From NCBI GenBank assembly GCA_963757655.1, contig CAVWSQ010000005.1, positions 242,366 through 306,365 on the forward strand: a DNA stretch of 64,000 nt, given 5' to 3'. The DNA is from an uncultured Acidobacteriota bacterium (GTDB lineage: Bacteria; Acidobacteriota; Vicinamibacteria; Vicinamibacterales; CAVVIG01). Position numbers and translations under genes: made by a program. Each line of letters starts with the position of its first letter. The first letter of the stretch is position 1. Under the pieces are notes generated by a model, which saw only the letters and a program-made list of their open reading frames with translations, searched no databases and was not told the origin of the DNA. Below, piece by piece: positions 45,739 to 55,270 of this stretch.

Positions 45739-45753
45739 GTCTACATAGTAGAC
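45739..45753. promoter_or_regulatory. Inverted repeat GTCTAC-ATA-GTAGAC abutting the padR start codon (operator candidate)
   Basis: Read directly. The 6-bp arms are exact reverse complements, and the ATG follows at 45754 with no room for an SD. Confidence 0.5.
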
Positions 45754-46092
45754 ATGGCCACGGCAGCCTACCTGGGTGAATTCGAACAGCTGCTCCTGCT
45801 GGCCGTGTTGCGGCTGGATGCAAACGCCTACGCCGTCGACATCGCGCGCGAGCTCGAGGCCCGGGCGGGCCGCTCGGTATCGCGCGGCGCGCTCTACACC
45901 TCGCTCGACCGCCTCGAAGACAAAGGGCTGCTGCGCTGGACCGCCGCTACCGGGTCGCCGGCTCGCAACGGACTGCCGCGCCGGATGTACGTCGTCACGC
46001 CGGCCGGCGTGACCGCCTTGCGCGCGGCGCGCGAGATCCTGCGCCGCATGTGGCGCGGCGTCGAGCACGTGCTGAAGGACACGACGTCGTGA
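45754..46092 (+). CDS. PadR-family transcriptional regulator
   Basis: LGEFEQLLLLAVLRLDANAYAVDIARELEARAGRSVSRGALYTSLDRLEDKGLL is a typical PadR winged helix. 112 aa. Confidence 0.9.
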   Translation: MATAAYLGEFEQLLLLAVLRLDANAYAVDIARELEARAGRSVSRGALYTSLDRLEDKGLLRWTAATGSPARNGLPRRMYVVTPAGVTALRAAREILRRMWRGVEHVLKDTTS

Positions 46093-48770
46093 CGTGGCGG
46101 ATGCGGTTCCGGGCGGGAAGGAGCGGCGCCGGGCCGCCCCGACTGGCGGCCTGGCTGCTGCGATCGACGCTGCCGAGGGGCATGCGGGGCGACACGATGC
46201 GCGGCGATCTGATTGAAGAATGGTACGCGCGCGGCGGGACCGGAGCGGCCTCCGTGTGGTATTGGCGGCAGGCGCTTTCGCTCTCGGTGCGCTACGCGCT
46301 CAGGCGCGAGCGTCGTGTTGAACCGGCAGCTGGCGGCAGGAGGATGCGAATGCTGATCGACAACCTGAAGCAGGACTTGCGCCATGCCGTCCGATCGTAC
46401 TTGCGGACGCCGTCGTTCACGCTGGCTATCCTGGTGACACTGGCGCTCGGGATCGGCGCCTCTACCGCGATCTTCTCGATGGTGAACGGCATTCTGCTGC
46501 GGCCGCTGCCGCTGCCGGATGCCGATCGCCTCGCCTACCTCAACGAGTTGGGGCGGGGCGGCAGCCAGATCTCGGTCTCGTGGCCCAACTTCCTCGACTG
46601 GCAATCGCGCTCGCACTCCTTCCAGGGGCTGGCGATTTCGCGCGAGGAGCCGCTCACGCTGACCGGACTGTCCAAACCCGAACGCGTCCGGGCGCGACGG
46701 ACGACCGCCAACTTCCTGCAGGTGGTCGGCGTGCAGGCGAGGCTCGGCCGATCCTTCAACGCTGCCGACGACAAACCTGGCGCCGAACCGACCGTCATTC
46801 TCAGCCACGAATTCTGGCAGACGCGGATGGGCGGAGACGAGAGCGTGCTCGGTCGAACGCTGTTGCTCGACGCGCGGCCGTACGTCGTGATTGGTGTGCT
46901 GCCGCCCGGATTCCGGTATCTGCGCGCGTACGACTTGTTCGTCCCGATGGGGCCGATCGTGGACGATCGGTTTCTGAACGATCGCGGCAATCATCAGGGC
47001 TACAACGTGGTCGGCCGCCTCGTGGCCGGCGCCACGGTGGAGTCGGCGGCCGCGGAGATGGCGGCGATCGGAGTGGACCTCCAGCGCGAGCATCCCGACA
47101 CCAACTCCGGGGTCACGGTGCGGACCGAGCCGCTGGCGACCCGTCTCGTCGCGCAGGTGCGGCTCACGCTGCTCGTCCTGCTTGGTGCGGTCGGCTGCCT
47201 GCTGCTGGTCGCCTGCGTGAACGTCGCCAACCTGCTGATCGCACGCGGCGCGGCGCGGCAGCACGAACTGGCGGTGCGCGCGGCGCTCGGCGGCGGACGC
47301 CTGCGCCTGGCGCTGCAGATGCTGGCCGAGAGCACGCTGGTGTCCGCGGCCGGCGGCGCACTCGGTGTCGCCGTGGCGGCGTGGCTGCTGCGTCTGCTGA
47401 TCGCGGTCGCACCCGAAGGCACGCCCCGCCTCGACGAAGTGCGGATCGACGCCATGGCCTGCGCCTTTGCGCTGGCGGCGGCGGCGATCTGCGGCATGGT
47501 CTTCGGCGCGTTCCCGGCATTTCAGGCCTCCGGCATCCGCGGCCAGGCGGTGGTCACCCGCAACCGCACCGCTGGCGCCTCGTCCGGCTCCCATCGCTTG
47601 CGGCGCGGGCTGATGGCCGTCGAAGTGGCCCTGGCGCTGGTACTGCTGGCAGGCGCCGGCCTGATGATGCGCACGCTGCTGGAGATCACGCGGGTCGAGC
47701 CGGGATTCCAACCCGATCACCTTCTGACCATGCGATTTTCGCTGACCGGCGAACAATGGACGGAACCGCGACGGCAGCGCTTCTATGCCGACGTGCTCTC
47801 GGGCGTCCGTCGCGCTCCCGGCGTGACGCAGGCAGCCCTGGCGTTCTCGTTGCCGATCGAAGGGTCGAACTGGAACTCGGTCTTCATCGCGAGGGACAAG
47901 CCGATCCCGCCGCGCCCGGAACTGCCGAGCGCGGCGTTCTCGCCGGTCAGCGAAGGCTACTTCGAAACAATGGGCACCAGGCTTCTGGCCGGACGGCTGT
48001 TCGACGGCACGGACGCGCCGACGGCCCCCAACGTGGTGATCGTCAACCAGCGGCTGGCAAGAGCCGTGTGGCCCGGCGAGAGCCCGATTGGCAAGTCGAT
48101 CAAGCAAGGCTGGCCCGAATCGCCGGGAACGTGGCGCGAGGTGATCGGCGTGGTGGCTGACGTGAAGTTCGAAGGCATGATTGTGGAGACGCCACAGCAG
48201 ATCTATCTGCCGCTGACACAGGAGTCGGCGCGCGCACTGGCGATCATCGCGCGAACGCCGGCCGAACCCGCCGCGATGACCACTGCGGTGCAAGACGTCG
48301 TGCATCGCTTCGACAAGGACCTCCCTCTCTACGCCGTGCGGACCATGGAGCAGGTGATTGACACTTCCACCGCGCGTCAGCGGATGTCGATGTCGATCTT
48401 CATCGTCTTCGCTGCGGTCGCATTGACGCTGGCGGCGGTCGGACTGTACGGCGTGGTGGCGCACGGAGTGACCGAACGAACCCACGAGATCGGCGTGCGC
48501 ATGGCGCTCGGCGCCGAACCGCGTCATGTCCTGCGCCTCGTCGTCGGGCAGGGGCTGTCGATGGCGCTCGCCGGCACGGCTATCGGCGTCGCCGGCGCGA
48601 TCGCGCTGTCGCGATCGGTGCAGAGTCTGCTGTTTGGCGTGACCGCGACGGATCCAGCGACGCTGGCGGCGGTCGTCGGGTTGCTGCTTGGAGTCGCGCT
48701 GATCGCCTGCTGCGTTCCTGCCTGGCGCGCCACGCGGCTGGATCCGACTGTCGCGCTGCGGGCGGAGTGA
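46089..48770 (+). CDS. ADOP-type duplicated FtsX/MacB-like permease, PadR-associated
   Basis: N-terminal PPRLAAWLL... leader, then DLRHAVRSYLRTPSFTLAILVTLALGIGASTAIF and two FtsX modules. GTG 46089 overlaps the padR stop (GTGA); ATG 46101 is the alternative. Confidence 0.9.
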   Translation: MTWRMRFRAGRSGAGPPRLAAWLLRSTLPRGMRGDTMRGDLIEEWYARGGTGAASVWYWRQALSLSVRYALRRERRVEPAAGGRRMRMLIDNLKQDLRHAVRSYLRTPSFTLAILVTLALGIGASTAIFSMVNGILLRPLPLPDADRLAYLNELGRGGSQISVSWPNFLDWQSRSHSFQGLAISREEPLTLTGLSKPERVRARRTTANFLQVVGVQARLGRSFNAADDKPGAEPTVILSHEFWQTRMGGDESVLGRTLLLDARPYVVIGVLPPGFRYLRAYDLFVPMGPIVDDRFLNDRGNHQGYNVVGRLVAGATVESAAAEMAAIGVDLQREHPDTNSGVTVRTEPLATRLVAQVRLTLLVLLGAVGCLLLVACVNVANLLIARGAARQHELAVRAALGGGRLRLALQMLAESTLVSAAGGALGVAVAAWLLRLLIAVAPEGTPRLDEVRIDAMACAFALAAAAICGMVFGAFPAFQASGIRGQAVVTRNRTAGASSGSHRLRRGLMAVEVALALVLLAGAGLMMRTLLEITRVEPGFQPDHLLTMRFSLTGEQWTEPRRQRFYADVLSGVRRAPGVTQAALAFSLPIEGSNWNSVFIARDKPIPPRPELPSAAFSPVSEGYFETMGTRLLAGRLFDGTDAPTAPNVVIVNQRLARAVWPGESPIGKSIKQGWPESPGTWREVIGVVADVKFEGMIVETPQQIYLPLTQESARALAIIARTPAEPAAMTTAVQDVVHRFDKDLPLYAVRTMEQVIDTSTARQRMSMSIFIVFAAVALTLAAVGLYGVVAHGVTERTHEIGVRMALGAEPRHVLRLVVGQGLSMALAGTAIGVAGAIALSRSVQSLLFGVTATDPATLAAVVGLLLGVALIACCVPAWRATRLDPTVALRAE

Positions 48771-48801
48771 GCCCCGATCGAGGCGGCCTGGCCCGGATCG
48801 C

Positions 48802-50322
48802 TCAGTCGGGGATCCGCAGAACCAGAGGCCTGGCGGCGGTTCCCGGATTGACGTTCTGGCGCGTCGTGACCCGCCGGCCGCCTTTCCCCATCGTCGTCAC
48901 CTCGACGTCCACTCTGGCCGCGCCGGCGGTGGCGACGTGGACCGGCACGACGTTCTGCGAGCAGTAGCCGCCGCCGGTGTCGACGAGCCCCGACGAAATC
49001 AGACGCCGCGTTCCGGCCGCGTAGACGCGCACCTCGGTGCCGGGCTTGGTATGGCGGCCGCGCGCATCGACGACATCCACGGCGAGCGAGCGCCGGGCAG
49101 CGGCAGGTGCCAGCAGGTTCCTGAACAGGTAGTGCCCGCCGGAGGGATCGTTGTTGGTGAGCGCCAGATCCAGGGCCCCGTCGCCGTCGAAATCAACCCA
49201 CTGCACGCCGTGACTGCCGTCGTGTTGGTTCACCAGCTGCGGCAGGGCATCGTGAAAACGGATCCCGCCGGCGCCCGCCATCGAGGTCGACGCCTGCGGT
49301 CGAGCAGCGATCCGGCCGTCGTTGTGGAACAGATGATCCGGATAGTGTGTGACGTTGACGAGAAAGCCGGCCACGTAGAGATCCGGACGGCCGTCGTTGT
49401 CGTAGTCGCCCCATGACGGCGTGGTCGCATGCTGCGCGAAGAACAGGCCGGCGTCCTTCGTGACCTCGACGAACCGCTTGCCGCCGTCGTTGCGGTACAG
49501 CGCGCTGGGGCCGTAGTTGGCGACGAACAGATCGAGATAGCCATCGCCGTCGAAATCGGCGACGGCGGGCCCGACGCCGCCGAACTCCTCTGACGCCCGC
49601 GGCGCCTCGACGCCCCACTCTCGTGCGACGTCCACGAAGCGGCCGCCGTCGTTGCGGAACAGTCCGTTGGTATCACCGTTCTGGTTTGCGACGAACAGAT
49701 CGAGATCGCCGTCATCGTCGATGTCGAACCAGACGGCGCCGACGGTCTTGCGCGCGTCACCGATGCCCGATTCCACGGTGACGTCGGTGAAACGGCCGCC
49801 GTCGTTGCGAAAGAGCCGGTTTGGCTTGTCGCGGAACGCGACGAACAGATCGAGATCGCCGTCGTTGTCGTAGTCGATCCACGACACCTGGCGCGTGACG
49901 CCCACCACATTCACGCCAAGCCGGCCCGCGACGTCGGTGAAATGTCGGCCGTCGCCGTCGTTGCGATAGAGCTTGTTGGGTGTGCCGTCGATGAAACCGA
50001 CGTAGAGATCGACGTTGCCGTCGGCATCGAAGTCGCCCCAGGCCGCGGCGCGGGTCTCGACGCTGTCGGCGAGCCCCGCCGCGGCCGCGACGTCCTCGAA
50101 ACGGCCGTGATCCTGACGGTAGAGCCGATTCGGCCGGCCGCGGAAGCCGACGAACTCGTCGAGATCGCCGTCGTTGTCGAAGTCGGCCCATGCGTTCGGC
50201 TGACCGCCCGTAACCCCGAACAATTCGGGCTGCACCAGCGCGAAACGGGGAGCGACGTCGCGAGGCGCCAGGGCCAGCAGCGCGACGACCGTGATCGCGA
50301 ATGGCTGATAGTTGATGACCAT
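48802..50322 (-). CDS. CRTAC1-family FG-GAP/VCBS repeat protein with C-terminal ASPIC/UnbV domain
   Basis: Repeated FDNDGDLD, FDADGNVDLYVG, YDNDGDLDLFVA and DFDGDGYLDLFVANYG...YRNDGG modules. The C-terminal beta-rich domain is UnbV-like. Confidence 0.8.
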   Translation of the reverse strand: MVINYQPFAITVVALLALAPRDVAPRFALVQPELFGVTGGQPNAWADFDNDGDLDEFVGFRGRPNRLYRQDHGRFEDVAAAAGLADSVETRAAAWGDFDADGNVDLYVGFIDGTPNKLYRNDGDGRHFTDVAGRLGVNVVGVTRQVSWIDYDNDGDLDLFVAFRDKPNRLFRNDGGRFTDVTVESGIGDARKTVGAVWFDIDDDGDLDLFVANQNGDTNGLFRNDGGRFVDVAREWGVEAPRASEEFGGVGPAVADFDGDGYLDLFVANYGPSALYRNDGGKRFVEVTKDAGLFFAQHATTPSWGDYDNDGRPDLYVAGFLVNVTHYPDHLFHNDGRIAARPQASTSMAGAGGIRFHDALPQLVNQHDGSHGVQWVDFDGDGALDLALTNNDPSGGHYLFRNLLAPAAARRSLAVDVVDARGRHTKPGTEVRVYAAGTRRLISSGLVDTGGGYCSQNVVPVHVATAGAARVDVEVTTMGKGGRRVTTRQNVNPGTAARPLVLRIPD

Positions 50323-50414
50323 GGATGGACGCAGCTTAACGATATGCCATCAGTATGAGCCCGCAGCCATCCGGCAGAAGCCCGATCCGAGCCCGAAAAT
50401 CGTCGTGCGCCGGC

Positions 50415-51044
50415 CTAACCACCGATCTTGAAGGGCACCGAGGCCACTGTCTTGTCCCACATGATCGTCAGCTTGCCGCCGGCGTCGCTCATGTCGGTGA
50501 AATCCCAGGTGAGCTGCTCGACCGAGAACGGCAGCGTGCCGAGAGTCATCGGCGCCCGGACCACGTCCTTGTCCGGCGTGTAACCGTAGGCGCCCCAGAT
50601 CTCAGCGGTGTTCTTTGGGTCGTACCGCGTCTGGGCTTTCCAGTTCGACACGATCAGCGTCCAGCTGTTTGGCTTCAGGTCGATGAACATCGTGTAGGTA
50701 CCGGGCGCGACCGTCTTGCCGTTGATCACCATGGGCACTTCGGTCTTGAGCTGCGTCGTGTAGTTCGCGCCCGCGCGCCAGACCGGCGCGTCGGGGTTCG
50801 CAATCTTCCCGTAGTTCGCGCCCTGGCCGCCGAACACGTCTCGACCCCGTCGAATCGGACGGCCGTAGGTGATCTCGATCCACTTGCCGCCCTGATAGGT
50901 CGGCTCGGCGGCTTTGGGATCGTACTTTCCTTTGACCTCGGTGGCCGCCGTGCCAGCCGGACTGGCGGGGCGGCCGCCCTGCGCGAAGAGAAGCGCGGTC
51001 ATCGCCAACGCCGCCGCTCCGCTAGCGATCAGTCTGCGTGTCAT
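50415..51044 (-). CDS. DUF2911-family secreted protein
   Basis: I trimmed to the ATG at 51042-44, with GGAGG upstream. Signal peptide, then ITYGRPIRRGRDVFG...VWRAGANYTTQL...INGKTVAPGTYTMFI. Confidence 0.7.
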   Translation of the reverse strand: MTRRLIASGAAALAMTALLFAQGGRPASPAGTAATEVKGKYDPKAAEPTYQGGKWIEITYGRPIRRGRDVFGGQGANYGKIANPDAPVWRAGANYTTQLKTEVPMVINGKTVAPGTYTMFIDLKPNSWTLIVSNWKAQTRYDPKNTAEIWGAYGYTPDKDVVRAPMTLGTLPFSVEQLTWDFTDMSDAGGKLTIMWDKTVASVPFKIGG

Positions 51045-51195
51045 ACCCTGAGTCCTCCAGTAAAGTCCGTCGGTGCCCACTCGTCCCGACGATGCGACGC
51101 TCGGAGCCACGGCGGCGACGACCGCCGCGCCTGCATCCGACGCCGGTCGTCCGACCACCTCGACCGCCTTCGCGCCCGGCGCGACCATCGCACCG

Positions 51196-53721
51196 CTATC
51201 GTCTCGTCGCCCTGCCCGGCCGCGGCGGCATGGGAGAAGTGTATCGCGCCGTCCATGGATCCTCCGGCCAGGGATGTTTGGGATAGCGTCCGCGAAGTTC
51301 CTTTCTCACTTCCGGATAGGTGCGATTCCAGAAGCTGCGCAGATCGCACGTGACCTGCACGGGGCGACCGTTCGGCGCAAGGAGCGCGAGCACGACCGCC
51401 TCACGCTGACGGCCTACCCGTGGGGTCTCGGCGAGGCCGAACAGCTCCTGGAGCTTCACCGACGCGGACACGGTGCCGTCTTCGTGATACTCGAGCGCCG
51501 CGGACCGCCCGCTGGGTACGACGAGCAACTCGGGCGCATCGCGATCGAGGCTGCGAAGAAGGTCAGGCGCCACGGCCCGCTCGAGGCGCACGTCGTCCAG
51601 CGACCGTACTCCGTGCGCCGCGCTGCGGACCAGGCGCGCGATCTCGACCGTCTGTCCCGCAAATCGCAGCCGCCGCAGCAGATGCACATCCCGATCCTGT
51701 GGACCGCGGGCGAGCCACGCGTCGGCAATCAGCTCGGCGGCAACGTCCGGATCGACGGCGGCCGGCCGTTCTCCGAGTACGAGCGCGTCATAGCGATCGA
51801 CGGTCAGCGCTCGCACCTTGCCGCTGTCGGCATCGAAACGGTGCACGACCTCCGACCCGGTCGGGCGAAGCCAATCGCGTTCGACGATGCTCGCCATTCG
51901 AACGCGCGCGACGGTGGTCGCCTCCAGCGCACGCGGTGCTCTGGGGACGTGCCCCGGTGCGGTCCTGCGTGACCGTAGTCCTGGATCGGGCTGACGGCTG
52001 ACGGTCGACGATGGCTGGCTGACGTCCAGCGCGACGATGAATTCACCGTCGAGAACCCCGCTCTCCGGTCCGACGACCGCTCCGGTACCGGATGCGAGAA
52101 GCAGGTTCGGTGATCCAGGCTCGCGCCGTTGCGCCACCCGGTCGGGATAGCCGGCGAGGATGGCCCGACGAAACAGGTCTTCTTCGCTGTCGGCACTCGC
52201 GTTGGAGCGTTCCGCCAAATCGCCAATCGACGCTGCAGTCGGAGGGCGCCGTGCGGCTTCGGCAAAGACGTCCGCCGCGCGTTTGACGTGCGGCGGCACG
52301 TCATTCCAGCCGTCCAGCGCCGACAGCAGATCGGATGCGGTGGACGCGGTGCGTCGCGGCAACATGTGGCGCTCGGAGAGGAGCGCGCAGGCCTGCGCCA
52401 TTGCGCGCGCGCCCCTGGCCGCCATCAGCATGCGCGCCAGGCGGGGATGCAACGGCAGCCTGCACACCTGTTCGCCGAGCGGCGTCAACTGCACCGCGTT
52501 GGAGATCGCCGATCGAAGTTCCCGGACGACGACGAGGCCGAGCCGGTCGAGCAGCGCCAGCGACGCGTCGAGCGCCTCGTCGGCCGGCCGCTCGAACCAC
52601 TCCAGCGACCGTGGATCGCCGCCCCATGCGACGACGTCGAGCACGGTGCTCGATAGATCGAGGCGGTGGATTTCCGGCTCCCGGTGCAGCCGCAGCCGAT
52701 CGCGCGGGTCCCACAAACGCCGGACGACGCCCGGCGCCAGCCGACCGGCGCGGCCGGCGCGCTGATCGGCGGCATCGAGCGTGATGCGCTCGGTTTCCAG
52801 GCTGTCGATGCCCCGTTCGGCGTCGTAGCGCGCGACCTTCTGAAGACCGGCATCGACCACCGCCGTCACGCCCGGGACAGTCAATGACGTCTCGGCGATG
52901 TTGGTAGCAACGGTGATCCGGCGTTGATTCGAGGGGCGGAGCGCCAGATCCTGTGCCGCGGCGTCCAGCGATCCGTGGAGAGGGACGACTTCGACGCCTT
53001 CGCCCGCCCTGTGCTGTAGCTCGCCGACCGCGCGCCGGATCTCGGCGGCGCCGGGCAGAAAGCACAACACCTGACCGTCGGTCGCGGTCAGCGCGTCGAT
53101 CGCCGCGTCGGCCATCGACTGGCCGGGATGGTAGGTGATCTCGATCGGGTAGGTGCGGCCAGGCACGTCGATCACCGGACAGTTGTCGAGAAAGGCCGAC
53201 ACCGGACCGGTATCGAGCGTCGCCGACATGACAACCAGACGCAGATCGTCTCGTGCCCGCCACGCCTGCCGCGCGAGGGCGATCGCAAGATCGGCGTGCA
53301 CGCTGCGTTCGTGGAACTCGTCGAGGACGATGGTCGTGAAGGTGGACAACAGCGGGTCGCTCTGCAGGCGCGCGGTCAGGATGCCTTCGGTGACCACGAG
53401 GAGCGCGGTGTCGGCGGTGAAATGACGCTCGAAGCGGACCTGCCAGCCGATTTCGCGGCCGAGCATCCAGCCGCGCTCGGCAGCAATGCGCGAGGCGATC
53501 GCTCGCGCGGCAACGCGCCTGGGCTGGAGGAGGATGACGCGGCCGTCTGCCAGCAAGGCGGGCGGCACCCGCGTCGTCTTGCCTGCTCCAGGCGCCGCGG
53601 TGATCACCGCGGCTCGCGACTGGCGGACGCGTGTGGCGATCTCGTCGAGGAAGGGATCGATCGGGAGGGAGATCAGAGGCAAGGAGAAACCGCCGAGAGC
53701 GCCAAGGGCGCAGAGAAACAC
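51196..53721 (-). CDS. hrpB: ATP-dependent RNA helicase HrpB (DEAH box)
   Basis: AAPGAGKTTRVP, DEFHERS, SATL and the HrpB C-terminal domain. About 830-841 aa. The start is uncertain: the GTG at 53719-21 lies inside a repeat element, and TTG at 53680-82 is the alternative. Confidence 0.9.
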   Translation of the reverse strand: MFLCALGALGGFSLPLISLPIDPFLDEIATRVRQSRAAVITAAPGAGKTTRVPPALLADGRVILLQPRRVAARAIASRIAAERGWMLGREIGWQVRFERHFTADTALLVVTEGILTARLQSDPLLSTFTTIVLDEFHERSVHADLAIALARQAWRARDDLRLVVMSATLDTGPVSAFLDNCPVIDVPGRTYPIEITYHPGQSMADAAIDALTATDGQVLCFLPGAAEIRRAVGELQHRAGEGVEVVPLHGSLDAAAQDLALRPSNQRRITVATNIAETSLTVPGVTAVVDAGLQKVARYDAERGIDSLETERITLDAADQRAGRAGRLAPGVVRRLWDPRDRLRLHREPEIHRLDLSSTVLDVVAWGGDPRSLEWFERPADEALDASLALLDRLGLVVVRELRSAISNAVQLTPLGEQVCRLPLHPRLARMLMAARGARAMAQACALLSERHMLPRRTASTASDLLSALDGWNDVPPHVKRAADVFAEAARRPPTAASIGDLAERSNASADSEEDLFRRAILAGYPDRVAQRREPGSPNLLLASGTGAVVGPESGVLDGEFIVALDVSQPSSTVSRQPDPGLRSRRTAPGHVPRAPRALEATTVARVRMASIVERDWLRPTGSEVVHRFDADSGKVRALTVDRYDALVLGERPAAVDPDVAAELIADAWLARGPQDRDVHLLRRLRFAGQTVEIARLVRSAAHGVRSLDDVRLERAVAPDLLRSLDRDAPELLVVPSGRSAALEYHEDGTVSASVKLQELFGLAETPRVGRQREAVVLALLAPNGRPVQVTCDLRSFWNRTYPEVRKELRGRYPKHPWPEDPWTARYTSPMPPRPGRATRR

Positions 53722-53761
53722 CTCTCTCCGCGTGCTCCGCGATCTCGGCGGTCAAACCTCG
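53690..53761 (-). repeat. Post-stop-codon repeat element, copy D (after msrA, minus strand)
   Basis: The minus strand reads GACCGCCGAGATCGCGGAGCACGCGGAGAGAGGTGTTTCTCTGCGCC... Outer stem CCGCCGAGA (53690-98) / TCTCGGCGG (53743-51). Inner stem GCGCAGAGA (53708-16) / TCTCTCCGC (53723-31), 8 of 9 pairs. Confidence 0.5.
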
Positions 53762-54418
53762 TCACGCCGTCACGCCAACGCCGATCGGACAGCTCACGCC
53801 GGTGCCGCCGAGGCCGCAGTAGCCGTCAGGGTTCTTCGCCAGGTACTGCTGGTGGTAGTCCTCGGCGTAGTAGAACTCCGGCGCAGGAACGATCTCGGTC
53901 GTGATCGCGCCAAAGCCGGACGCGGTCAGCTGCTTTTGAAATGCCTCGCGCGATGCCTGCGCGGCGCGCTTCTGCGCCTCGTTCGCGTAGTAGATGCCGG
54001 AGCGGTACTGCGTGCCGACGTCGTTGCCCTGCCGCATGCCCTGGGTTGGATCGTGGTTCTCCCAGAACACCTTCAGCAGCGCCTCGTAGCTGGTCAGCTT
54101 CGGATCGAACACCACGAGAACCACTTCGTTGTGGCCGGTCATGCCAGTGCAGACCTCGCGATAGCTGGGATTCGGCGTCGGGCCGGCGGCGTAGCCGACG
54201 GCAGTGCTGTAGACGCCCGGGAGCTGCCAGAACTTCTTCTCTGCGCCCCAGAAACAGCCCATGCCGAAGACGGCACGCTCGACGCCGTCCGGAAACGGCG
54301 GTGCGATGCGGTGATGGTTGACGAAATGCCCATCGGGCACCGGCATGCGCTCCGGCCGTCCAGGCAACGCGTCGGCCTGAGACGGGATGGTGAGTGGCTT
54401 CTTCGAGAAAATGGACAT
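53762..54418 (-). CDS. msrA: Peptide-methionine (S)-S-oxide reductase
   Basis: I trimmed to the ATG at 54416-18. Active site [10 protein letters not shown], then ...[12 protein letters not shown]... Confidence 0.9.
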   Translation of the reverse strand: MSIFSKKPLTIPSQADALPGRPERMPVPDGHFVNHHRIAPPFPDGVERAVFGMGCFWGAEKKFWQLPGVYSTAVGYAAGPTPNPSYREVCTGMTGHNEVVLVVFDPKLTSYEALLKVFWENHDPTQGMRQGNDVGTQYRSGIYYANEAQKRAAQASREAFQKQLTASGFGAITTEIVPAPEFYYAEDYHQQYLAKNPDGYCGLGGTGVSCPIGVGVTA

Positions 54419-54420
54419 GG

Positions 54421-55215
54421 CTATTTCTTGGCCGCGAACTCGAACAGCGCGAAGATTGCGCCCTGCGGATCGCTGATGATTGTGAATCGCCCGGTGCCGG
54501 GAATGTCCTGCGGTCCGACCATCGCCTTGCCGCCGAGCTCCTTGGCTCTGGCCGCGCTGGCATCGCAACTGGCGACCTGAAAGTACGGCATCCAGTACGA
54601 CGGGATATGCGCCGGCATGTCCTTCGGCTTGGCCATCATGCCGATGCCCGGAGTGCCGTTCACGCTGAACTCGGTATACTCCATCGGCGTCCCGACGCCG
54701 CCGTGCTTGGCCACCCAGCCGAACAACTTCGTATAGAACGCCTCGGCGGCTTTGGTATCGGTCGTGGTGAGCTCGGTCCAGCAGAGCGCACCCGGCTCGT
54801 TCAGGATCTGCGCGCCGATGCTGCGATTCGCCTGCCAGATCTGAAAGACGGCGCCGGTGGGATCCTGCAGCACGGCCATGCGCCCGGCGTCCATCACATC
54901 GAACGGCGGAGCGAACACCTTCGCGCCCAGCGACTCGGCCTTCTTGGACGCTTCATCGACATTGGCCACCGTCACATAGGAGTTCCAGTGAGGCGGAACG
55001 CCCATCTGCTTCTCGTTCGCCTGCTGCGTGCTCGCAGCGCCGACGGCTTTGCCCCGCATTTGGAACATCGAGTAGACCTCGGTCGGTCCGATCGGCTGCT
55101 CGTTGACGTCCCATCCGAACAACGACTTGTAGAAGGCAACGCCGGCCTTCTGATCGGACGTGGCCAGCTCTGGCCACGTGAATGTTCCCGGCGTATGTGA
55201 TGTGAATTCAGCCAC
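54421..55215 (-). CDS. Two-module VOC (glyoxalase-like) family protein
   Basis: Duplicated pattern [10 protein letters not shown]... / [10 protein letters not shown]..., each followed by ...[10 protein letters not shown] / ...[10 protein letters not shown]. 264 aa. Confidence 0.75.
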   Translation of the reverse strand: MAEFTSHTPGTFTWPELATSDQKAGVAFYKSLFGWDVNEQPIGPTEVYSMFQMRGKAVGAASTQQANEKQMGVPPHWNSYVTVANVDEASKKAESLGAKVFAPPFDVMDAGRMAVLQDPTGAVFQIWQANRSIGAQILNEPGALCWTELTTTDTKAAEAFYTKLFGWVAKHGGVGTPMEYTEFSVNGTPGIGMMAKPKDMPAHIPSYWMPYFQVASCDASAARAKELGGKAMVGPQDIPGTGRFTIISDPQGAIFALFEFAAKK

Positions 55216-55270
55216 GGCGAACCTCCATCAAGCGATTGCGGCGACAGCGCCAAAAAGTCAGTATAGCGCC

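Noticed and set aside
45894-48527. 877-aa ORF on the minus strand
   Set aside because: It is antisense to the second ADOP permease. It shows the same GC-driven artefact signature, and the plus-strand product has clear family motifs.
52301-53755. 484-aa minus-strand ORF beginning MTAEIAEHAERG
   Set aside because: It is an alternative frame of hrpB. Its first residues are simply the translation of repeat copy D, and the remainder is Arg/Gly/Ala/Pro-rich low-complexity sequence.
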